Positions 1 to 11,185 of a stretch of 64,000 nucleotides of DNA are shown here, piece by piece (the stretch's first letter is position 1; the number at the start of each line of letters is the position of its first letter). The notes under the pieces are model-generated. The model was given only the letters and a program-made list of their open reading frames with translations. It had not been told where the DNA came from and ran no database searches. Position numbers and translations under genes: made by a program. Origin of the DNA: Geosiphon pyriformis uo1 (lineage: Eukaryota; Fungi; Glomeromycota); NCBI GenBank assembly GCA_016748015.1, contig JAAOMT010000494.1:488190-552189 (forward strand), written 5' to 3'.

Positions 1-1383
1 CAATGGAGCCAGCTCAAAGAGCTAATTACAGAATTTGCTGATATCTTTGCTGAAAACAACAATGACTTAGGAAGAACCAATTTGGTTCAACACCAAATTT
101 ATACAGGAGATGCCAAACCAAGAAGACAATAAGCATACTGAGTTGCTCCAGAAAGCCACCAATTCATCTAAAAAGAAGTACAACAAATGCTTAACAATGA
201 GCTCATCCAACCCTCCATAAGTCCTTGGGCTTCACCTGTAGTGCTAGTTAAAAAGAAAAATGGAAAGATACAATTTTGTGTTGACTACCGACAACTTAAC
301 AGTATTACAATTGGAGATGCCTACCCCTTTCCCCAAATTGATGACATGTTAGATGCCCTTGGAAAATCCAAATACTTTTCAACACTAGATTTAGAAAGCG
401 ATTACTGGCAAGTTGCTATGGATCCCAAAGATCATCCCAAAACAGCATTCACCACTCAAGGCGGAAATTACAAGTTCAATGTAATGCCTTTCGGATTATG
501 CAATGCACCAGCAACGTTTCAGAGATTAATGGATGTTGTGTACCAAGGACTTCTTTGGAAGTCAGTAGTCGTTTATCTTGACAATACTGATGTTTATTCT
601 TCATTGTTTGAATTACATTTAAAACACCTGCGAGAAGTTTTTCAACAATTACGAAAAGCAGGACTAAAACTCAACATCAAAAAATACTACTTTGGAAAAA
701 CAAGCTTGGCCTTCCTTGGTCATATTGTTAGTAAAGATGGAATCAAACTGGACCCTGAAAAAATCAGTGCTGTCAAAAACTTCAAAACTCCTCAAAACAC
801 TACAAAACTAAGAGGATTCATAGGGTTAGCCTCCTATTATCAGAAGTTTATCAAAAAATTCTCAGAAATTGCAAAACCTCTCAACCAGCTTATTACCAAA
901 AACATCAAATATGAATGGACTGCTGAATGCCAAAATGCATTTGAAATCCTCAAAGAAAAACTAACAACAGCTCTAATTCTCGCCTACTCAGATTTCAGCA
1001 ACCAATTCCGATTAGCAACAGATGCTTCGTATACTGCCTTTGGTGCTATCCTATCACAATTGGATGACAATAGAAATAAGCGAGTAATTGCCTATGCTAG
1101 CAGAACATTAAAACCAGCTGAAAAAAATTATCCTACCACTGAATTGGAAACAGCAGCTGTAATTTGGGCCCTACATCATTTCAACCTTTATCTTTGGCCA
1201 AAGGAATTCGATATTATCACTGATAATATTGGACTCAAATGACTTCAGAACAAAAATACTTAGCTAAACGCAAAACAAACCCGATGGACAGGATTTCTAG
1301 CAAACTATCGATACATAGTACATCATAAACCAAGAAAACTTCACACCAATGTTGACTGTCTCTTCAGAATGAGACAAAATTAG
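1..1383 (+). pseudogene. Gypsy reverse transcriptase-RNase H (A1), with premature stops
   Basis: SPWASPVVLV, FCVDYRQLN, STLDLES(D)YWQV, MPFGLCNAPATFQ, YLDN (YLDD), RNase H TDAS...E(L)E...TD. The frame ends RMRQN-TAG at 1381-1383. Confidence 0.95.
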
Positions 1384-1433
1384 AAAAAAAAAAACCAACA
1401 CTCAACTTAACTAACCAAAACAGCCAACAAACA

Positions 1434-2819
1434 ATGAATTTGGAAAACTACAACAATCTTAAACAATATTTGAAAACATTAACAATTCCAACAGATTGGT
1501 CTCCAGATGAAAAACATTGACTACAACAACAAGCCAAATAATATTTTCTACACAACAATATTATTTATCAGTGAAATTTCAAAAATCCAGACAAACCACT
1601 CAGATTAATACAAGAACAGGAAAAAGAGACTATATTATACAACATGCACTTAAATCTTTCATCAGCACACTTTGGAAAAGACAGCACCACCCAAAAAACA
1701 CTAGAATACTACTTTTGGCCTTGAATGAGAAAAGACATTCACGAATATGTCGAATTTTATGATAGTTGTTAAAGAAGAGAAAGAACACACCCTACTGAAC
1801 CATTAAACCCAATCAAAGTTGGACAGCCTTTTGACAGAATTGGTATTGATTTAGTCGGACCACTACCTATCACAAACCAAGGAAATTATTATATTGCAGT
1901 AGCTGTAGACTATCTTACCAAATGGCCTAAAGCCAGAGTCATTTAACGAGCAGATGCAAAATTAGTAGCAAACTTCATTTACAAAGACATCATTTGTAGA
2001 CATGGATGCCCAATAAAACTTTTATCTGATCAAGGAACACATTTTGTGAACAATTTAATCCAAAAAATTTGTGGATGATTTAATGTCAAGAGACCATTAT
2101 CTTCACCCTACCATCCATAAACCAATGGACTTATAGAACGTTTCAATAGAACATTGTGTGAATTATTAGCCAAAGTTTCAACTGATTTTGAGCAAGAATG
2201 AGATCTCTTTATTCCATCAGTGTTACTAGCATATAGAACACTAAAACAAGATACCACAAAACACACACCATTTGATTTAACTTATGGAAGGACAGCAACA
2301 TTACCAATTAGTTTTACAGTGGAAACATACCTAGCACAACCAATCAATAAAAACAATTTCCGGGAAACACTTCAGCGAAGAGCCTACACTCTGCTTAGCA
2401 CATTGGAAGAAAAACGATGAATAGCAGCCACCCATATTGAACATTCCCAAGCTCAACAAAAAAAATGGCATGATGACAAATTGCCTCCAGTCACCAATAA
2501 ATTTAAAATTGGAAACAAAGTTCTCTTACACAGAACTAAAGCTGAAAAACAATAGAGTGGAAAATTCGAAAATAAATGGGATAGACCATTTTTTATCCAT
2601 AAAGTTTTAGGCAACGGATCATAAAAGCTAAGACTTGATGACAAAATCCTAACAAAAGTTGCACATGGAGATTATTTAAAACACTATAATTCCAGAAACA
2701 ATCCTGAACTATTAATTCCACAAATTGGTATACATTCTTCTTTAATCAATCCCAAAGACATTCTCCAAAATTTAGAACCAATAGTTGTTATTAAACAACC
2801 TCCCAACTTGAACACTTAA
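1434..2819 (+). pseudogene. Gypsy integrase (A1), separate ORF with own ATG, about 10 premature stops
   Basis: ATG AAT at 1434, HHCC-type N-terminus, GIDLVGP / SDQGTHF / NGLIERFNRTL DDE motifs, GPY/F-like region, LEPIVVI tail, no chromodomain seen. Confidence 0.9.
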
Positions 2820-2941
2820 TTTAAATTTATTATTATAGTTATATCATTATAATTTAGAAACAATCTCACAAAAACAAAACAAAAATAACATAAAAACCCA
2901 TACACCAAAAATAATTTTCTTTTATTTTCAAATCTCTTATA

Positions 2942-3661
2942 ATGTCTATTTCTCAAAACATTCAACAATTATCCCAAAAACTAATGTTAGCTTTAAAAAC
3001 AATACCCGAATTATTCATTACTATTACTGGAAATCACATTAATTATACCCAAACAGAAGTAGTTGCAAATTTAGCTCTAAATACACAAAAATATCACCCA
3101 TATAAGAAGAACACAAGAAGTTATTCTGGAATTCATTTACCAGAACTTTTGAAGCTTGCTTTAAGAGAAAACTTATTGCTCACTCCTATTAGTATTCCAC
3201 CAAATGTTACTATTCAACAAAAACTTCAACTGTGTCTTAATGAAGAAAATGGCAAATACCTCCCAATATATAGATATTTTTATATTAGAAAAACACTTCA
3301 TGAGCAAAAACTAGAGCTTATAGCAGCAAACCTTGCAAAAAAAGCTATTCGGAAACAATTTCACAATGAATTCAAGACAACAGCTGGGCCTACAAACAGT
3401 CATTATAAACTAAGAGCTGCTCTTAGACTTTATGACCTATTCTACACCTGTGAAAACGTCCTACAAAACCCAATTTTACAGCCTTTGAAGATTCAATACA
3501 TTGGAAAGCTCACAGAACTGAAATTTCAACAATTTTCAGACCAAATTTCTTCAATAATTTTGGATTATTATCTGGAAATTACAGACAGTACTTGGACTTT
3601 GATGGAGCTCAGTTTTGAGGAGAAGGTTATGTTACCAGACAAAATTAGAGATATTGTTTAA
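2942..3661 (+). CDS. Gypsy accessory ORF3 (239 aa, unknown function), intact; runs across the PPT into the 3' LTR
   Basis: Uninterrupted ATG-TAA ORF. A same-length orthologue is present in A2 (16872-17591) and diverged homologues in both B copies. Confidence 0.85.
   Translation: MSISQNIQQLSQKLMLALKTIPELFITITGNHINYTQTEVVANLALNTQKYHPYKKNTRSYSGIHLPELLKLALRENLLLTPISIPPNVTIQQKLQLCLNEENGKYLPIYRYFYIRKTLHEQKLELIAANLAKKAIRKQFHNEFKTTAGPTNSHYKLRAALRLYDLFYTCENVLQNPILQPLKIQYIGKLTELKFQQFSDQISSIILDYYLEITDSTWTLMELSFEEKVMLPDKIRDIV
3617..3629 (+). other. Polypurine tract of A1
   Basis: GAGGAGAAGGTTA immediately precedes the TGTTAC LTR start; the same tract is present in A2. Confidence 0.8.
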
Positions 3662-4611
3662 CATAAAATTACCCTTATAAATCTTATCATTAATTAGCAT
3701 ATATTATCATTCAAATTATCACTTATTACATTAGCAAAATATCCGAAATTATCATTTAATTAATAACCTAATTTGTATATAACACAAATGTAACCTAATT
3801 GTGATGATTAATAATGCAATACTCTGGACTATGTAACATTCAAAAAGTTTGCTGAAATTTGTAAAAAATTTGCCGAAATAATTGATAGTTTGCCGAAATA
3901 TTTAATAGTTTGCAGAAATAACTTGTAGTTTGCCAAAATGTATCTTTAGTTTAGCGAAATTATAGAAAATAGCAAAGTTCAAGTTCATAGAATAGTGTTA
4001 CAACAAGTTGTATAAAAGAAGAGCTTCTCTCTTCAAGAAAATATATCTTACTTCAGATTTAATAATTAGAATCATCCTTTACATACAAAAACAAAATAAA
4101 TATCAAATAATTCAAAAAATCAAATCCTTAATTATTTTCCTTTTAAAATTAACCAATTCCTACTAAAACAGTTTTGAAATTGATTAGCTACTAATTTCAA
4201 TAAACTGTTAGTGACTTCAGACCTGGATAGAAAAACGTTTCCTTTGATAAAATTCTATTTCTTTTACATTTCTTTTATTTTTCTTTTCTTTTCTTATTAC
4301 AATCATTAGGGTAGTCTACAGACGAGATTCCTGTAGAAGAGTTGACTTTCACAGCAAAGTAACTACACATTTTAGTGAGCTTCCAGACAAGCAATTCCTG
4401 GGAAAGAGTTGACATTTACTACAACATAACTATACAAAGTAACTGGCACGGAATTGGCCCTTCCACTTATAAGCCCAACAGTTTAAATTATAGGAGATAA
4501 TTTGAAGATAAATTCAGTTACTAAAGATTTAACTACTTCCTGAAAACATGAATTCACAACAAATCAATATTAACAACATTCAAGAAAAGAGACCAAAAAC
4601 CTCTGGTAACA
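3630..4611 (+). repeat. 3' LTR of A1 (982 bp)
   Basis: Perfect 10-bp terminal inverted repeat TGTTACCAGA...TCTGGTAACA. Homologous and equal in length to 15922-16903. Confidence 0.93.
3848..3965 (+). repeat. Tandem array of about six 20-21 bp units (core TTTGCCGAAAT) in the family A LTR
   Basis: tttgctgaaat / tttgccgaaat / tttgccgaaat / tttgcagaaat / tttgccaaaat / tttagcgaaat read directly; the array is also present in the A2 LTR. Confidence 0.85.
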
Positions 4612-5078
4612 CCAGTTAACATCATTCTTATCCTCAATTCAGACACATTTTTAGACATTGAGACAGGCCCAGAGGAATTCCACGAGCATTACCAAAATTT
4701 GGCACCAACAAAAGAAGAGCAGGAACAGCATTTGAAAGAAATAAACACCTAATTATGTGATTACTGTTTGATTTTATGTGACTTCTAATATTGTAATAAG
4801 TGTAATCTTATCTACAATTCACTATCATGCATAATCTACACAATTCCAAAGGAAAACAAACCAATCAGCAGCTGTGTATTATAATCAAAATCACCATTCA
4901 ATCCTAATTCAAACTCTGACAACAATGACAACAAAAATAATAGTTCCAGCTCTGTTCAAAATGGTCATAAAATAACAACAATTTAAATTTTGATTCAAAC
5001 CCAGAACAATATATCATGCTTTTTGACCTTATCAAAGAGCAGAAACTTAAATAGTTCAGCAATAATAGTAAAAATATT

Positions 5079-5469
5079 ATGCCAAAACACACACATAATA
5101 CCAATATAGGGTTTGATTTAAGATATTCAGGAAAAGATGCTATCAAATTAGAACCACATTCACACATCTGCATTAATCTCAAAATAGTATTAGAAATTCC
5201 AGCAACAACAATGGTTCAATTAACATCTAAGAATAGTTTAGTAAAAAAAGAAATCAACATCAGAGAAGAAATAATTAATGCAGAATATATGAGAAATATT
5301 ATTATAATGCTACAAAATAACTTAGAAAAGGCTTACATAGTAAAGCCAAATAAAAAGATAGCACAGGCAATATTTCTGCCTCTGGTTAAAATAGCTCAAT
5401 TAGTATTAGTGAGAAACAGGGAAGAATTAAAGATTACAACTAAAAAGATACAGGAATTTGGATTCATGG
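5079..5469 (+). pseudogene. dUTPase domain of B1, split in motif 5 by the solo LTR
   Basis: GFDL (motif 1), SKNSL (motif 2), IINAEY (motif 3), KIAQAI (motif 4) and QEFGF|GR (motif 5, resumes at 7244). Confidence 0.85.
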
Positions 5470-7243
5470 TGTTATAGGTGATTATTTGGGGTCTTAAAAC
5501 AAATAACAAATCTGTAACTTGGTGTTTAATTAATATAAAGCTGTTGGTTTCTGAAGATTAACTGTATCTGAAGATTTTGGTTAAGTCTTTTGTATAATAG
5601 ACAGAGATTCCAATGTGATTTTCTTTAAATGATGTCTTTAGTGTCAACCTGTAGTTGTTGTCTATTACTTTCCGGAATTGCAATTTTATTAATTTTTTTC
5701 TCAGTGTGGTGGCTGGTGTTACAGGTAAACTGGGTAGAGTATGGTAGTAACATTTGGTGCTCTATTTTTGGGTTGTCTTTTATGGTTGTCTGCTTTTTCT
5801 GCCATGTTAGTATTATTAGTCTCTGAAAATCTATTTTTGGATGTGAATTTACCTGTTGAGTTCTTTGGTTATAAAGCACAAAGTTTGTCTTTTATCAATT
5901 GCAATGTTTTCCACAAATATGAGCTTTCTTCTCCTTACTAACAAGCACAGTTATTAAGATCTGGCATTGTTTTTTCGCTCTTTTGGTAAGCTACTAAGAT
6001 AACGTTAATATCCAAAACTTAAGGAGAGCTTTCTTCTTTTACTAGACTATCACAAAGTCTATTCCAAAACAGTCAATTTTCTTATATTGTTGCTCCAAAA
6101 AAAGAAAAAAAAAAAGAATTAGTTCCCGTCAATCACCATAATTAAGAGTAATTGGTCCAAATCATTAAAGATTTGAGGTGTTTATGCTAATGGCATCTGT
6201 CTCGGAACAAAGATAGAAAATACTGATTTTAATTTCAATTAAAATTCGTAAGATTGGAGAACATGAATTGGTAAATTAGATTTTGTGTTTTTTAATAATT
6301 ATTGTATTTCAGACTATAGATATCTGATAAGTAAAATACAAAGTAAAAATTGATTTCTAACTAACTGTCTGTTTTTTTTAACTTTTCCAATTATTTGCTT
6401 TTATACATTCTTTTGGTTTTACAAGATTGCTTTCAATTACTTTATTATTGCTAGTTATTGCTCATTATTGCTATCTATTGCTCTTTATTGCTAACTATTG
6501 CTTGTTATTACTAGCTATTGGTTGTTATTACTAGCTATTGCTCACATTTGTCCTATGTTACCTCAAGTTGTATCATGTTTTTCTTGTTACATTTTCTCAT
6601 AGCTTTTTGGTTTTTCTACTTGAGTAACACTGACAATCTCCTGGTAAGCTATCCTCAAATCTGAATGTTTATCCTTATTTCTGGGTTTTTTACCAGTACT
6701 ATATTTTAATGTCAGTAACTTAGTGTTTTAATTTTTTAATCAATTAGTACACAACAAGAAATAACAAAACAAAAGAAAATAAAATAAAGAAAATAAAGAA
6801 ATAAGCCAAAACAATAAATGTTAGTATCCTGTCAATAGCTGTAATCAAGAGCTATTGTTTCAGTGTAGTTAAATATTAATTACTATCAACATAAAGTGTT
6901 AATAGTAGAGAGTAGATTTGAGATATTAAATAATTATTTATTAATATTTTGTGATATGAAAGATTGCTTAGATTAAATCTAAACTGAGAGGTCTTTTTTT
7001 TTTGCTTTTAATGCTACTGCTATATATACTTAATTTATGTTCTATGAGATCACTCACATTCCCGAGTGATGTGCTATGATTTTTTGAACAATGTGCCCTA
7101 ATTTTCTAATATCACTCCATATTGCTAAGCAATGTGCTGTAATTTTTGACATTGCTCCATATTGCTGAACAATATGCTCATGTGCTAACTACTATTCCTT
7201 TATTGGTCTACTATTTCTATATCTGTTTTCTTTATGAATAACA
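5470..7243 (-). mobile_element. Solo LTR (1774 bp) related to family B LTRs, 4-bp TSD ATGG
   Basis: TGTTAT...ATAACA ends, ATGG at 5466-5469 and 7244-7247, and the B1 reading frame rejoins across it. The reverse complement matches both ends and the middle of the B LTR. Confidence 0.9.
6442..6543. repeat. Imperfect ~10-bp tandem repeat (TTATTGCTA-like) inside the solo LTR
   Basis: Repeated tattgct/tattact units seen directly. Confidence 0.8.
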
Positions 7244-9080
7244 ATGGGTAGAATAAATATACCAGTTAATATGGCAGAGAAAAAAATTGTTAACAAGAGA
7301 GAAATTATCTTTACTCATCAATCAATTTTTATTTTACTATATAACCAATATATGCTAGCCATAGAAAAGGGAGTAAAAGATCAAGCTCAAATTTTTGAAG
7401 CAGAAACTACTATGTGTGAACCAGAGAAGATTGGACTTACCAATTTTTATATATTAGTCAAAAGTCTAAAAAATATCAAAATTTCTATCTACAACATAAC
7501 AGGAAATGTTCTTGAGATACCAAAAAGAACTACCATCAGATATTTAAGTACTGAAGTTAAAAAACAACTACCAAACCCCATTCCAGACTTTCCACAACTG
7601 TGTGAATATGTGGATATCATATTACAAACAATATATGGACAAGAAGAATATTATCTGCTCTAGCCAGAACAATTAGAACAGATAAACTTGGGAAATCTAA
7701 ACCCACTATAATATATACAGCTTAAAATATTACTCAATAATTTTAATAACATCTTTGCCAGTGAAAATAAATTTGGCAGAAGTGACATAATCCAGCATCA
7801 GATCAAGACTGGAGATATAATGCCAATCAAACAAAGAGCATATAGAATATAACCAGTTAGTTATGAGATCATTTGTCAAGAAATTAATTGAATGCTTAAC
7901 AATGGGTTAATTCAGCCATCAATAAGCTTATGGTCATTACCAGTAATACTAGTTCATAAGAAAAATAAGAAAATTTGCTTTTGTATAGATTACTGAAAAC
8001 TAAATAGAGTAACAAAAGGAGATAACTACCTAACTTCAAATATCCAAGAACTGTTTGACACTTTTGAAGGAAAAAAATGATTCTTAACTTTAGACTTAGA
8101 CAGTGGTTACTGGCAAATAGCCATAAAACCAGAAGATAAGGAAAAAATGACTTTTACAACTCAAGAAAGAAATTTCAAATTTGAAGTTATGCTATTTGGC
8201 TTGATGAATGCTTCTGCCACATTTCAACAGCTTATGAAAATTGTCTATATTAAACTGCTATAAAAATCAGTAGTCATATATCTGGATGACACCAATGTGT
8301 TTTCCAAAACATTTGATAATTATTTGTATTATTTCTAACAAGTATTTAAAAGACTAAAAAGAGCCAAACTAAAGCTAAATACCACTAAATGCTTCTTTGG
8401 CAAAACAGAATTGAAGTTTTTGAGACATGTCATAAGCAAAGATAGTATTAAAACAGATTCAGACAAAATTGAGATAGTTAAGAACTTTTCAGTACCCACT
8501 AACTTGACTGAATTATGAACATTTTTGGGATTTGTAAGATACTACCACTATTTTATCAAAAACTTTTTTAAAATAGCTCAATCATTATACTAGCTCTAAA
8601 CAAAGAATACCAAATATGATTGAATGAAAACCCAGTAAAAAGCTTTTGATACATTAAGAAGAAAGCTTATTCAAGCTCCAATATTGATCTATCTGGACTA
8701 CAGCAAATCATTCATCATTACCACTAATGCATCTGGCCAAGCATTAGAAGCAGTATTATCTCAGAAAAGACTGAATAAACAAGAACACTCAGTAGTTTAC
8801 ATCAACAGAAGCTTAAGTTCAGCTAAAAAGAACTATGAAACTTCAGTACTAGAACACTTAGCTATCTATTAAGCTGTCAGCAAATGGAAAGAATACTTGA
8901 GTCAAAAGTTTGATGTTTATACTAATTATAAAAGACTGACTTCAATTCAAAAGCAAGAATTTGGAGATAATTGTCATGTCAGATAGAAGATAGAACTTTT
9001 ATTATTCAATTATACAGTATATTACAAAAAAAAAAAAAAATGGAAATGCTGATGGCTTGTCACAAATAAGACAAATCTAA
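7244..9080 (+). pseudogene. B1 pre-RT domain, RT and RNase H (many stops)
   Basis: [26 protein letters not shown], RNase H ITTNASG. The frame ends RQI-TAA at 9078-9080. Confidence 0.9.
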
Positions 9081-9110
9081 GAACATTTCAACTCAAAAAT
9101 ATAACAAAAG

Positions 9111-10493
9111 ATGAATATACAAAAATATTAACAATTCCAACATTATATTAATATCCAACAATTCAAGAAGAAATTATCTTCAAAAGAACAAAGCCATATT
9201 AAACAACAATCCAAATATTTCATTACTGACCAAGAGATACTTTATCAAAAAAACAGAAAAAATTCAGATCAATTAACCAGAGTAATCACAAAACCAGAAA
9301 AAAAAACAATATTGTTTAACATGTACTCAGATCCAACAGCAAAACATTTTTATAAAGAAACAACCATGGAAAGAACCAGAAAAAAATACTATTAGTCATC
9401 AATATATTCAGATATTATTCAATATGTTCAAAATTGTAATGCTTGTCAAAAAAGAGGAGAAACAAAACCCAGTGAACCATTAAGATCAATCAAAGTGAGA
9501 CAACCATTTGACCACATTGGAATTGATTTAGTTAGACCATTAACAATAACCAGTAAAAGAAACAAATATATTGCAGTAGCCATAGATTATTTTACTAAGT
9601 GGTCAGAAGCAAAAGCCATTCAAAAAGCAGATGCAGAATCTGTTGCCAAATTTATTTATTAAGATCTAATTTGTCAACACGGATGTTCAAAAGAACTACT
9701 ATCAGATCAAAAAACTTACTTCATAAACAAAACACTAACAAAACCAAGTCAAAGATTTGAAATCAAAAAACCATTATTATTATCATACTATTCACAAACA
9801 AATGGGTTAGTTAAAAAGTTTAATAGAACATTGTGTAAAGCAATTGCTAAAATTAGCCAAGAAAAGCAAGACAAATGAGATTTGTTCATACCATCAGTAT
9901 TATTTGCTTATCAGACAATAAAGCAAGATATTACACAAGCAACACCATTTGAATTAGTATACAGTAAAACAGCAGCATTACTAGTTAAGATAGAAGTCAA
10001 CACATATCCAACTGAACCAATAACAAAAGACAATTTCCAAGAAACATTGTTGAAAAAAACATATGAATTAATAGAAATACTAGAAAACAAATGATAAAAA
10101 ACAGCTGATAATATTCAAAAGTCACAAAAAAAACAAAAAAAAAGACACAATAACCAATTACCAGATAAATCAGTTGAATTTAAGATTGGAAACAAATTAC
10201 TTTTACATTATACCAAAGCAGAAAAACAATGGAATGGAAAATTCAATCCCAAATGAGATAGATTATTTCACATACAAGAAATTCTTGGAAATGGAGCTTA
10301 TAAATTAAGATAAGACAACAAAATCTTAACCAAAGCAGCACATGGTGATCAACTGAAACCATACTACCATATAGTATTATCATCTACCAATAATATTCCA
10401 CAACTGGAAGTACAATGAATACTAGTCCAACCAAATAAAATTCCATGAGATTTGAAACCAATTATAATCATTGAACCAAACATGTCAAATTGA
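9111..10493 (+). pseudogene. B1 integrase (separate ORF, decayed)
   Basis: ATG AAT at 9111, GIDLV, LSDQ, NGLVKKFNRTL, KPIIII tail, TGA at 10491-10493. Confidence 0.85.
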
Positions 10494-10548
10494 ATTACCA
10501 AAAAAATATATAAAGATATGGTATACATGACAAAAGATGTCAGAAAAA

Positions 10549-11172
10549 ATAAAAATTACCAATGACATTTACTCACTAGCACAACAACTTTTTCAATTAA
10601 TCCAACAACAAAAAATGGAAATTACAATTAATCAACAAACCATCAAAAACACCAAAAAGAGACCATAAAGTAAAGTACAAAAAACAACAAAAAACATTAT
10701 TGACAAAATAACTACAAAAATGAAATTGGTAATAGAAGCACAACCAAAAGTCATCCAATATCAGAAGTTGACAATAGAAATATGAAATTGATGGACACAA
10801 CAATTTCTAAGAAACTTTTGTTATTTTCACTTGGGACGATATCTAAATATCCAAAACTTATATATGGATAAAACAAAGTAATTATTCGATCCAGAAATAT
10901 TATAACAACTAGAGCAATTTGTGGGAAAGAACAATTTAACCACACAAGCACAAGCCATCTATTGATTACAAGCTGAATTTTAAGACTGATCAGAAATCTT
11001 ATTCAATCCAATAATGAACTCCATTACTATTAACCAAATGGAAAAAATAACCAATGCTCAATTTGAAGAATTACAAAACAAGATAATACAAGTAATTATT
11101 GAAAAAAAAGTTCAAGAAATACTCAAAAATAAAAAAATAAAATTAGGAGATCTTAATAAAGCTTAATATTAA
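10549..11172 (+). pseudogene. B1 ORF3 relic
   Basis: Reads ...RNFCYFHLG...EQFVGKNNLTTQAQAIY...EKITNAQFEELQ..., homologous to B2 and A ORF3; several stops; ATG apparently mutated to ATA. Confidence 0.7.
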
Positions 11173-11185
11173 AAAAAAAGAATAA

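Larger units (their letters stand above)
1..4611 (+). mobile_element. Ty3/Gypsy LTR retrotransposon, family A, copy A1 (5' part lies outside the window); nested in element B1
   Basis: RT-RNaseH (187-1383), integrase (1434-2819), extra ORF (2942-3661), PPT and 3' LTR 3630-4611. Sequence after 4611 is internal coding sequence of family B. Confidence 0.95.

Noticed and set aside
2942-3661. ORF3 as a retroviral-type envelope gene
   Set aside because: No visible signal peptide, furin site or transmembrane anchor; only the position is env-like.
3848-3965. CRISPR-like array
   Set aside because: Units are about 20 bp in total with no unique spacers, lie inside a eukaryotic LTR, and there are no cas genes.
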